A stretch of 64,000 nucleotides of DNA. Source: Ancylonema sp. Its lineage: Eukaryota. This document shows positions 12,791 through 24,700 of the stretch, piece by piece; position 1 is the first letter of the stretch, and each line of letters starts with the position of its first letter. The position numbers and the translations under genes were made by a program. The stretch is from the NCBI GenBank assembly GCA_050230475.1, contig JBFLGF010000010.1, positions 1 through 64,000 on the forward strand, given 5' to 3'. Below the pieces are notes generated by a model. The model saw only the letters and a program-made list of their open reading frames with translations, ran no database searches and had not been told where the DNA came from.

Positions 12791-12992
12791 GGAATACGGC
12801 AAATTGTGACCCCACCGTATTGATAGCGTATTGCGTAATGTGCAACCCTGTGTCTATGTGTGTATGTCTTCAATGAAAATGTGGATCATACGTTACATTC
12901 GATTACGTTGAAACTCCAGGACCCCCCACCCGCTCTCCACGCGCCTTTCACCTTTCCCATCCGTGATCCACCCGGCGACCCGCCGAAAATGT

Positions 12993-13447
12993 TGTTAGAA
13001 TATTTTGGATAGCCATATGTTATGCGTGCTAGTCCAGTTGTGACCGGTTACTCTAACCGGGAGCAATATTCTAGATGTGCCTGTAGTCGGGGCCGGGCAA
13101 GTTTGTGCCCGGGCACCTGACATGTTTCCGACGCTTAGAGACGTTATTTGGTTGAAGCGTAGTGACTGGCTTGTTTAGTCGTGTCAGAAATTTCCGGCAT
13201 GTGCCGTTGACATGTAGAAGAGCTGTCAGTCAATGATAGGCCGACGGTCAATTGTGCCGACCGTCGGTACGCAACAATCTGTAAAGCGCATCGGGTATTA
13301 CCATCCCCGATGCAATCACAATAATAATTCGTTCCACACACGCAACTCCTGTCTCGTTGATCAATCAGTGTAGAGATCCTTTTTGCGTACGGTTCGTTTG
13401 TCGCCCACCTAATTATTCCGGCACGTCTAATCACTCAAAAGCTTATA
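12993..13447 (+). repeat. 5' LTR (TG...TA)
   Basis: tgttagaatattttggatagcc ... atcactcaaaagcttata; direct repeat of 19220-19668. Confidence 0.95.
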
Positions 13448-13461
13448 GGTTATGGGCCCAC
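13448..13461 (+). promoter_or_regulatory. Primer-binding site for a half-molecule of initiator tRNA-Met
   Basis: GGTTATGGGCCCAC directly after the LTR, complementary to the anticodon-arm sequence GTGGGCCCATAACC of plant tRNA-iMet. Confidence 0.85.
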
Positions 13462-13699
13462 GTGCGGTCTAGTTCAGACGCCGTGTTGGTTAAAAACAAA
13501 AGGCTCCACGCGATTTCGCTGCGGTAATCTCTGTGAAAGGTATATTCTGCCAGTGAGCGCAAATATACTCGTAGTTGTTAAGGTCTGCACGTAATTTTGA
13601 TATTGCGCTGCAAGTATTTGAGCTGAGTGCTGCAGTGCAGGAATTGCACTGAGAACTCGAGCTGAGCGAGAAATTTTGTAAAATCCTACACAATAGCTG

Positions 13700-16600
13700 C
13701 CATAATGTCGGATTAGGTCGCAAATCCCTCAATTTACTGGAGCTGATTATACAGGATGGGCCTTCGAGGTCAAGTATGGGCTGGCGGACAAGAAACTGCA
13801 CCGTTTGGTGATGGATTGGGACAGTTTGCCGCGAAAGTCCAGACGTTATTCTTCCATTGACACCTGATAACGAGCTGCAATTATTTACGAGCAGGACGAG
13901 CTGCAATTTGCCGCCAGGGGGATCGACGTGGATGTCGAAGTGTTGGTCAGACAGCAGCAGATTTCCCAGCCGCTGCTGGAGCTGGAGAAATGGGACGAGG
14001 ATAATCTGGCTGCTCTGTCGTATATTGTGAAGCACCTGGGGCCTTCGGAGCTGACGCACGTCACGGACTGCACGACAGCTGCCGGAATGTGGGATGCCCT
14101 GCGGACAGTAGGTGCAGGGTGCGATCGAGATCGCAAATACGGAAGCACTGCTGAGCGCGATCATTCAGACGGAGGCAGAGGACCTCAACGTGTACGTGAA
14201 GCGTCTGCAGCAGCTGCATCAGGACCTTAAGAATCTGGGGGCGCCAGTATCTCCGACGAAGCAGGCGATCAACCTGCTGAATTCGTTGAACACGCATTAC
14301 AGTCCAATGGTCTCAACGCTGATGCCATGGTCCGAGTCGTCGCCACACCTCTTCACGATTCCACACATCGTGAGTGCGCTGCTTCGCGACGACGTGCGGA
14401 AAGAGCTGAACGATCGAAAAAGGGGGGTGCTGCCCGGAGGACACCAAGCGCATTATGGTGGACCTGGGGGGGGAAACGGAGCTGGAGGCAGCAGCAGATC
14501 TGGTGGTGCGACTGGAGCTGGTCGCAGAGACGCTGCAGGCGTCGAATGCTTCGGCTGCCACAAATTCGGGCACATCAGAGCGAACTGCCCTTCACCAGCA
14601 TCTGGCGGAGGCCATGCGGGGCCATGGAAATGTCACAGGTGCCACCAGGCAGGCCACCGAGCTGCTCAGTGCCCTGCGTCATCACCAGCAGCTGGAAATG
14701 TTGCGCACGCTACTCAGGGAAGTTGGGGGAGGCAGAAGTGCAGATATTGCAACATTGTAGGGCACACAATTGAACATTGTAGAAAAAGAACATCTGACAT
14801 GGCTCTAATGAACAACCCAGAAGCTGCTAGGAGGGATGATGCACAAGCTAGACTTGCTCGCTTTGCTGACACACCTTTCAACGCTAATGTGGATTATTTA
14901 GCTTTCGGTGCTTTTTCGTTCGATGTTGCTCGGGCATTGTCTACTGGTTCTCACACAGACTCCCTGATCTTCCTGGATTCAGGTGCTACCGACCACATTT
15001 TAACGGCACGTGAACATTTTGTGGAGTACACACCTTCCCTGAGCACGCAGAAGGCCTACATCACCACTGCTGACGGATCGTCACACAAGGTGGAGGGCAC
15101 TGGTTTCGTGCACATCCGAGTGAGGAATATTCGCTGTCTTTGTGCAGCCACTCAGCTCGATCCACGTCCCACCCTTTGCCTGCACCCTCGTGTCGACATC
15201 GTGCCTCGTCAGAAGAGGTGAGCTCTACAGCTGCCCACGGGTCCTGAATTAATCAAGGGAAATGTGAAATGGGCTGATGTGCAGCAGCCTAGTGGTCTGA
15301 CTCTGCTTGCTGCCACAATCGTTATCATGCCTGGATCTCATGATACAACAGCAAATTTGTCCACACGCATGGTCTGGCATCACAAATTGGGTCACCCCAG
15401 TTCTGATGTGATGTCAGATTTCGCCAGACGTGGTGACATCCCAGAGTTAAGTCAGGGAGAATTAACTGAAGTAAAGGGATGTCAGGTTTGTTGTCAGGGG
15501 AAGATGATTCAGCTCAGTCATGCTAAGGTCAGTCCGGATCTGGGGACATGCCCCAAGATGGGTCGCATCCACCTGGATCTCATTGGACCACTGTCTGTCA
15601 GGTCAGCTAACGGGGGATTTACATATGCTCAGACAGGGATAGAGGTATCCACACGTCTGTCATTTGTCAGCTTGTTAAAAACAAAGGATGAAGCACTGAA
15701 CCGAGCAAGAGTCACTATTCACTATACAACTGCTCGAGGTCCAGTCAGGTTTGCCCCTATACGGACAGATAAGGGAGGGGAGTATATGTCTCAGGACTCG
15801 ATAAACTACTATGGGGGGAAGGGTACTGACAAGCAAACCACAGAAGCATATAGTCCTGAACAAAACGGAATCTGTGAAAGACTGAATAGAACATTGACAG
15901 AAAAAATGCGATGCATCTTAATCTGGTCAGGTCTACCGAAGTCTTATTGGGACGTGGCATTGTTACATGCAAACTGGTTGAGGAATAGAACACCCACTAA
16001 GTCGCTTTCTGGGAAAATTCCAATTGAGGTCTGGGAGGGGAAGAAAATGACAGTTAATAAAAGTCATAATTTCGGGTGTCTGGTCCAATATTTGAAGGTT
16101 GGGGGGGGAAAGAACAGTCAAGGGGACAAGTTTGCCCCTCGTACTTGCTTTGGTGTGTTTCTGGGGATGGCTGCGGGGAGTGCAGGCTACAATGTCCCCA
16201 TAGAGCTGGGGTGATATCACGCATGGACGTGAGGCGTGCGGTTCTTCGAGGAGGTGCCGGGGTACCCGAAGCTCATGGGGGGGAGAGCTCCCCAGATTGA
16301 GGAGGCAGCAGAAAAACACTTTTTCTACCTTTTCCCCGACCCTCAAGATGAACCAGCTGCAGCAGTTGTGCCAGCAGCAGCAGTCCACCCCAACATGCCA
16401 GCACCAGCAGTCCACCCCAACATGCCAGCAGCAGCAGTTCTGCAACCGATGCCAGCAGTTCTGCAGCCAATCCCAGCACCAGCAGAAGCAGCAGTCCCTG
16501 AGCCAGCAGCTGCCATCGACTATCCGCACGACAACTTCCAGCCACAAGCTGCTGAGGTCCCTAACGCCACGATTGTGCTGTCTGGCAGCCAATCAGGGAT

Positions 16601-18430
16601 CAACAACGCAGGAGGTGGAGATGCAGGGGAGGAGGAGGTGCAAGGAGGGGGTGCGAACCCAGATGTGGGGGAGCCTGGCAGCGTAGCTGATCGGGTGATG
16701 GCTAGAAGGCGCTTTGCACAGTAGAGTATGGGGAACTCATGTGATGTGATGGGGAGGAGTTCGATGACGCAGCACACGCCAACTACTCAGCGACTGAGTG
16801 GGAGCCCAGCAGTTTCTACACGGGCTTCATCGGTCCTGTGGATCCGGGCTACGCATGCGTAGCATCTAACACCAACTCCTCCGAGCCACTCACCCTCAAC
16901 CATGCGATGGTGAGGCCAGACTGGGACCATGGGACGGGCCATTGTGGAAGAGGCTCGGTGCCCGGAGACGTTCACACCTTTGAGGTGTGTGTGCTTCCTC
17001 CAGGTAAAAAGTTGTGGGGTGCAGATATGTTTTTAAGGTCAAAACAACACCACAGGGGGATATTGAAAGATATAAAGTCAGACTGGTCGCACAGGGATTC
17101 TTACAGCCTTACAGCAAGAGGGTATTGATTATAATGAAGTATTTGCACCAGTAATCGACAGTACATCTATCACCCTACTCCTCTCTATAGCAGACTGGGA
17201 ACTGGAACAGATGGACGTAATCACAGCGTTCCTGCATGGACGTCTGGAGGAAGAAGTTTACATGAAAATACCACCACGTATGTATATCAATGGGGGTGCT
17301 GAGGGAAAGGTCTTACGACTTAAGGGGGCTTTATACGGTCTAAAATAGAGTAGCCACGTGTGGCAAGAGATGTTCAGAAAATTTATGATATTTGAAGGGT
17401 TTAAACAATGCGTAATGGACACATGTATATATATGAGGGGGGAAGCAGACAGCAGAATCATACTGGGCATACATGTAGATGATCAGGTGATCACAGGTCC
17501 TAATGCAATGGTCGTCAAAACTTTTAAAGAAGATATGGGTAAAAAGTTCAAAGTCAAGGATCTGGGTCCCCTAACCCATATCCTGGGGGTGGAAGTGAAG
17601 AGGGATGACAGAGAAAACTGCTCACACTGGGACAGTCAGGATTCTTAAGGGGAGTGTTTGAACGCTATGGGATGCATGAGTGTAATCCAACCAAACTCCC
17701 ACTCGCCCCTGGAACTCAATTCACACAGAATGATGAACCAACTCTTCCCCCTACCCCTGAAGAAATAACAGACTTTCGAGGGAAAAGTGGAATCTCTCAT
17801 ATATGCCATGAAACAAACCAGACTGGACATCGGGTATGCACTTTGGGGTACCTGGCAAAACACATGGGAAATCCTGGGGTCGCACACATAAGGGCGTTAC
17901 ATCAACTTATTCAGATAACCTTAAAGGGGACTGGTGAACCACGGACTGACGTTTGTGGGTAAAGACAGCTTTGAAGTAAAGGGTTACTGCGATGCATCAT
18001 GGAACAGTTGCAGCATGACAGGCAAGTCAGTCACAGGATGGGTAACCACGGTTGGGGGGACAGCACTGAGTTGGAAGTCGCAGAAGCAGTCCACTGTTGC
18101 ACAGAGCACTGCTGAGGCTGAGTATATTGCTGCCTGTAGTGTGTCTAAAGAATGCTGTTATCTAAAGTCTCTCTTGAAACAACTCAAATTCCCACACCAA
18201 ATCACAATCCACACTGATTCAACCTCAGCTCTCTCCATGATCCAGAATCCTGTGAAAGACAGAAAGCAAAACATTTTAATGTGGTATATCACTGGGTACG
18301 GGAATGCCACAGCACGGGGAGACTAAAAATATGTGTATCTTGCAGGCGCAAATCAGCAGATATGCTAACTAAAGCTCTTCCCCAAGTTTTACTGGACAGA
18401 CACAGCAAAAGTCTAAAAGTCTAGGTTTTG
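13700..18430 (+). pseudogene. Copia gag-pol polyprotein with multiple frameshifts and stops
   Basis: Three CCHC knuckles (CFGCHKFGHIRANC, CHRCHQAGHRAAQC, CRYCNIVGHTIEHC); protease FLDSGATDH; pre-integrase WHHKLGHPS..CQVC; integrase HLDLIGP..RTDKGGEY..PEQNGICERLNRTL; RT QMDVITAFLHG..LYGLK*S..IHVDDQVI; RNase H GYCDASW..QSTAEAEY..HTDSTSA. Ends are approximate. Confidence 0.95.
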
Positions 18431-19210
18431 GACGGTTATACTGAACTGGGGGGGGGTGGGGGTGTCAGTCTTTTCTTTTATTTTTATGATCGAAGGTTTC
18501 GAATGCCATGCATGTTGGCAGGGGGTGTGTTTTTATGTTTCTTTTCTTGCAGAAGTAATGGGGAGGGTTCACCAACTTCAGCTCATCCAGCTAAGTCACA
18601 CTTTCACCTTAATACCTTGAAAAGACACTTGAAAACGCTTAAGAACACTTTAAAATCAGAAAGTGTGGTGAATCTGCTCAACTTTAAACTTGTCAGTTTG
18701 TTCTGAATTTTCGTATGTATGTCCTAATCAGTGTTGCAAAACTTGTGTCAAAAGTGGGTGCTGATAGGACTTGTAATTTTGAAGTTATGTTGTTTTGAGA
18801 TTTTTCTGACTGGAAAGTGTGAAGTTTTCAGAATCGTGAAGTTGAAAAAGTTAAGAAATCAAAAATATTTATTTTCATAAGTTTTTTTGTTTTTCGCCCT
18901 AACTTGTGGCATTTGTTTTGTATGTTCAGGGCTTCGGCCTGGAAAAACGACTAAGGATCCGGAGCGATCGTCTTCTGGAGTTCCGATCGGCTTCCGATCG
19001 TCTTCCGATCGTCTTCCTAACGGCTGCATTTATCGATAGAATCCCCTAGCACGCTTGTATATTTTGTATGCTAGGGAAGAAGACCAAAACTGTTTTATAT
19101 GTTATGCAATGGTTCTGCCATGATTTTATGATTTGGCAATGACTTGGGTACTCCTTTTGAGGGTACTCCTTTTTGATGTCTGCATCTATGCCAACTTTCG
19201 CATGGCATCC

Positions 19211-19219
19211 GAGGGGGTG
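19211..19219 (+). promoter_or_regulatory. Polypurine tract
   Basis: GAGGGGGTG immediately before the 3' LTR. Confidence 0.8.
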
Positions 19220-19668
19220 TGTTAGAATATTTTGGATAGCCAGATGTTATGCGTGCTAGTCCAGTTGTGACCGGTTACGCGAACCGGGAGCAATATTCTA
19301 GATGTGCCTGTATGCGGGGCCGGGCAAGTTTGTGCCCGGGCACCTGACATGTTTCCGACGCTTAGAGTTTGGTTGAAGCGTCGTGACTGGCTTGTTTAGT
19401 CGTGTCAGAAGAAATTTCCGGCATGTGCCGTTGACATGTAGAAGAGCTGTCAGTCAATGATAGGCCGACGGTCAAATTGTGCCGACCGTCGGTACGCAAC
19501 AATCTGTAAAGCGCATCGGGTATTACCATCCCCGATGCAATCACAATAATAATTCGTTCCACACACCAACTCCTGTCTCGTTGATCACGTGATAGAGATC
19601 CTTTTGCGTACGGTTCGTTTTGTCGCCCACCTAATTATTCCGGCAGTCTAATCACTCAAAAGCTTATA
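19220..19668 (+). repeat. 3' LTR (TG...TA)
   Basis: Highly similar to 12993-13447 with a few substitutions and indels; followed by the TSD AATGT. Confidence 0.95.
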
Positions 19669-21779
19669 AATGTGGCGGGTGATGTGCGGCTGCGCTCCTC
19701 CTAGCTGTTTTTTGGAGGCTTAATAAACCCCACGACCATTAAAGAACCTAAAAACTAATAAATATTCCAAATCGAAAAAAGAGGTGTTTTCGGGGTCAAA
19801 TCATGTCGCTGAACTTATTGCCAACCTTAAAACTGACAATTGTGAAGGGAAATAAGTGTTCTGCACAAAAGTGAATATTTTGATCTCGGAATCGTTCATT
19901 TATGTGTCTATATTTATGTGCGGGACGACGCTAGACGACGACGCCAGACGCGTGTCGATCTACAATTCAATCTCACAAGTAAGCCTCGCGCGCAAATGTC
20001 TCATCTACAATCTCTATCGTCGGATATTCATCGACGACTAACAATTATTACAAGTCACCACAAGTTGATTGTTGACTAGTACAAAAGTGCCACGTCCGAT
20101 CGACGGCTGATAAATGTTAAGCAAATCCAATTCAAATATTGAGCGGGGGCGCAGGCTTACAACTCGAGCTCGAAAGCGGGGCCGGCGAGTGGGGCGGAAG
20201 TTGTAGTGCGGCAGAACTCTTAATTTGGCGCTGTTCAGACTTGATTTATTATAGGGAGAGATTTGGTGGATATTAGGGGTAAAATAGCTAACAATCTTAT
20301 ACGTCGTGACATGTGGGTGACCGTTGCAGGGCGATGATGTGTAATGACAAAACTATTGTCTCCCATAAATGTTTTTACTTCCAATGCTGTGATACTTAAT
20401 TATGCTATTATTGCAATATTTTTAAGCGAACCACCATAACCATGAAGATTAAACAAGTCATGAATATTTATGTCTCGGTCGGACGCTCACTATCTTGTAG
20501 ACTTCCACTATCTTGTAGGCTATCACACTTATGTACCAAAAGTTCTTATCAAATACACCTTGGTTCGCAACGATATTTTCACGGTGATCGGAGTTTCAAT
20601 CACTTATCCAAAAACTAAACTTCGAAATCTAATCTAAACGGCTACCGGATACACATGCCAACCACCGGTTGAAGTTGAACTATTTTTTGGATTTATACAT
20701 CACTATGATTCGAAAAACATGTGAGCTCAACACACTATTCTAAATCGTGAATATCCAAGTGTGTGCAATACTCGTACGATCGATGCGTACCCACCACTAA
20801 ATAGTAAGTGTTGTCTTATACTGTAAGGAAGGCCACGAATTATTTGCGATATTTTTTGTAACCGCCGTCCTACCGTGGCGGTTGGTCAATTGGGTGGCAG
20901 TTGGGCGGTTGGATGGCGGTTGGGCGGGTGGGTGGCGGTTGGGCGATAGGTCGATGGCGGGTGCTAAAGGTGCAGAAAACCATGTAGAGTAATACTTGTC
21001 TAAAACTTTTAGACTAAAAATATATTGTAAAGAATAGAAAAAATATTCTTTTATAGATGTTATTCATATAGACAGGTGGAATAACTACATTTCATATTAT
21101 TTTAGAGAGGTCATTCTTTTAGACAGTATTCTTTTAGACTGTTTACGTATACCTTACTAAATCAGGGGTAATCCCTAACTGTAGTTTTTAAGATATGAAC
21201 CCCTCAAAGTTCAATCTAGGGCCTAGATTTCCATCCTCGCCGGTACGTTCGCAGCCGTCAGTAAAGCACCCGTGAAACCTTCTTCCCTCCGCTTCACGGG
21301 GCAAATGCGCAACATAGTTTTTCACTGAGAAGACATATGAGCGCTAGCAACTGTACCGGCAGCTGTCGGTCTATAACAAAATGTCGTACTTCAAGATGTC
21401 GTACTTCCCGGGATGACCAAACTTTGCTCACTACCGCTGCAGCGTTTTTTGAAGACCATAGGCAAGCGCGAATTGGCAGCCGAGGGGTGCATTCCAGTGG
21501 CTTATAGTGAAGTTAGAGACTGAACAACTTTCCTGATTGCAAATGCTGCATGCAATTGGATGTCTTCATTGTTATTCACGAAAGCCCGGTTTCCTACCAT
21601 TTCAGTGCCTTTCACAGATTCTCTCTGCGGTAGCTCCCTCTTTTCACCCACCCTTCGACAAGGCGAAGTTGAACCGCTGTGCAGTATCCCACGAATGTAC
21701 GACCGCATTCCGTCATCCTCTAGGATTTCACTTCATTCATTCTCTGCCTTCGGCAATCAACAGTGGCAAAAGCGTTTCA

Positions 21780-24700
21780 ATGGACCAGAATTTTCTCCCT
21801 GGAAGTTCATACCATATCGAAGTAGGCGATCTGGCAGCTCAAAGTGTATCGGTGCAGCTGGCAGGAATGCGCAGGTACGAAAATCTAGAAGTGGACATGC
21901 GTCCCGCCATGGGTAGCTATGGTCGGGCCCCAGTCTCTGTCCTGGGTTATCGACGTAGTCAGCTTCACCTAGGCAATGAATGTGTCATCCCTACTCATTT
22001 AGTGCCTTTCCTTTTGCTGCTCTGAATAGCTTGAAAATCCTGAGATCAAGTTCGTACGGCTTGGTGCGTCCTGTTTTCTGCCAATTTAATGTTCCAGGGC
22101 AACCAGAACTAACGCCGAACTAACTGGCCGTCCACCAGTGAGTTCCTACCTCTCAGCCTTCCATGTGACACCGAATGTTTCAGGGACCTCAGACTGGGAC
22201 AGAGAATGGCGCCAACCGCAGTGACTCATCAAGCACAGGGTGAGTGAAGTAGGTACAGTCGTAACTAAGTGCATTGTTTGCACACTTACCACCACGCAAA
22301 GGGCCCCTGTGCATTGTGGTTGTCCCTTTGACCATCACTAAGTAGGAACTCTGTCTCCGCCGAAATAGCTTGTTGTTCTCTGACATGCCCCAAATCACAA
22401 CGTGGGGACTCCGATCAACGATGTGGAAGCTTTTGATGTAACGCTCGTCATGTGCATAATGTTGATTGCAGGACATCTGATACCCAAGAAAGCACGCCTA
22501 TCAGTCCTGTCTTCGATCTCGTGGCGGCCGATGATTTGACTCGTGCTGATGACACTTCGGACTCTCCGTGGAATAAGATTCGTGGAGGGAAGGAGGAGAT
22601 AGAGTCAGTTCGGCAGTGTCTGGGCTTCAATTCTGTGGAAGGAATCCGTAGTTTTCAAATTTCAAAGTCGACTGCTCGGAGGAAAGGCAATGCTGGCAGC
22701 GTATGGGACGTTGACAAGTTTGTGAAAGTCGAGTCAGATCAAGCAGAAGGCCGAAACGAGTGAGTGGTGTGGTGAAGGCGGTTGGAAACTACGTGATCTA
22801 TTGGGTCCTTCACTCCTACTTGAGAATGACTTAGCATAATTCACAGGTTCAAAGGATGTGAGGCAGGCAACAACCTTATCACAAAGATAGTCTGTGTGCA
22901 GAGGTGGTACTGATCAAGTCATCATCAGGTTGATTCTTGTATGTGCGTCTCTATCACACTCAAACAACAGGCTTCAGAGTCCAGAATGAGACACAAGTTT
23001 TAACTCCTGATCTTGAGGAAATAGTTGTAGTTGAACGGTAGGGGCACGCTTGGCTGTTCATTTTGGACGAGCAGTTGTTTCCTGCCTCTGCAAATTGATG
23101 GTTGTATCTGTAGTCCACTCTTTTGTATTACGTACTGCAGGTGCATCTGTAAGAGTGTGTGTATATTGGGAGCCCATACTGTCTCACTCGGACTTGTAAC
23201 TTAGAGCCAGAAGCAAATCGAAAAAAGAGGGCATGGCAACTTGTCCACTCTAACAGAGTTACCATTGCTGAGCATGTATGTCAGTCTCAGACTTGCCCGG
23301 ACTCCCTCACGTGCGCCACATGTACAAGCTCACAGGGCGTGATGTTAATCGTGGGAGCTGGGGTTTTTTTTTTTTTTGGGAGTTTTATGTTTTGCTAGTT
23401 GGCCGTGTGTCTGACCTATACAGAAGGTATTCATTGGAACAGTAACAAGAACCTTATATTTCTGATCATTTCTTACTCACCCTCTCGTATTTCAGGTCAA
23501 TTCCTAGATCAAGCCCAGTTGCATTAGATTTCTCCCTTTTATGAAGGAGGTGAAGCACTGGCTGTCTTCCATGCAATGGCTGCATTCTGTCGTAGTGCTC
23601 AGCAAGAAGCTACATCCGGGGGGGACGAAGACTGGTCTGGCCTTACACTTCCCCCAGGCTTTTCAAAGGACAACGGTCGGAGCTGGGCAAATGTCGTTTT
23701 CCGGGTCGCAAGGGAGAGAGCGAGATTCTCAACGCAGGTGCAAGGTCATGCCCATGTCGTTGTGCTGTGGAGAACATGCTGGGAATGTTGAAAGGATTTA
23801 TTCGTATGGAATCTAGCTGGATAGAATCTAGCTGAGCGAGTTGCACGGGCATTTGTAGAGAAAGTATAACGGAGGGCGTGAATCACAATATACACTTGTT
23901 GTCCTCACCGAAAAGCGCTTTGAATGATATCATACCGCTCCGGCAGGCAAACCCAGGTAGTGTCTCGAGCCGCAGGTAATCTGTAATGATATTGCCTCTT
24001 CCTGAGTGCAGCAAACTCCTCCACCGCCGAAAAAAAAGGGGTTTGGCGGCAAGTCAATACGGCAGAAGTCTAGCAGGTGAGGAGGCATTTTAACCTCAAT
24101 CATTGTCCACGGTAGAGGGGGCTGTTCTACATGCATGCTGCTGGTTCAATCTGAGATGTGTGGAATGTGCAGCTCCTTTTCAGACAGTGGTCCGGTCCCG
24201 CCTGAGGCCTCTCTCCTGATAGAAAACACTTTCTAATGTCTTGCAGCGGGCAGCTTGGTTTCTTGCACTTGCATGCTTGGCCTTGCGGTTGTGCTCACTA
24301 GTATCTGTTCCATGCGTATGGCCTCGTTTGCAGTGGTTGGGATCCAACTCAGCAACTGCTGCTGTGGGACGCAAAGCGAGCTTTCCACGTTGGCCGCCCA
24401 GGATCATCCAGCCATCTGAACGACATGAAGAGACAAATTGTATCAGCAAAACTTGAGATGCTGAAAGAGACTACAGATCTGAAGAAGGTGCTGAAAGTTT
24501 TCCAAGGACAGGAATCAGATGTCTACACGTTCACTGCCGCACTAGATGCAGCTTATGAGGCAGCCATCGTGGATGCACTACGTCGTCGCGAACCATCCAA
24601 GTGAGTCAAATCTGTCGAGATGTCAAACACAGACATACTGTCTGTGCCCCAAATGAAGCTTGTCATACTGACGGACACACCCAAAGCGCTGCAAACGGAA

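Larger units (their letters stand above)
12993..19668 (+). mobile_element. Full-length Ty1/copia LTR retrotransposon with frameshifted gag-pol
   Basis: Two roughly 450-bp LTRs, 5-bp TSD AATGT (12988-12992 and 19669-19673), primer site, polypurine tract, and domain order gag-PR-INT-RT-RNaseH. Confidence 0.97.

Noticed and set aside
13490..14164. 224-aa minus-strand ORF inside the copia element
   Set aside because: Antisense shadow of the GC-rich gag region; no recognisable motifs.
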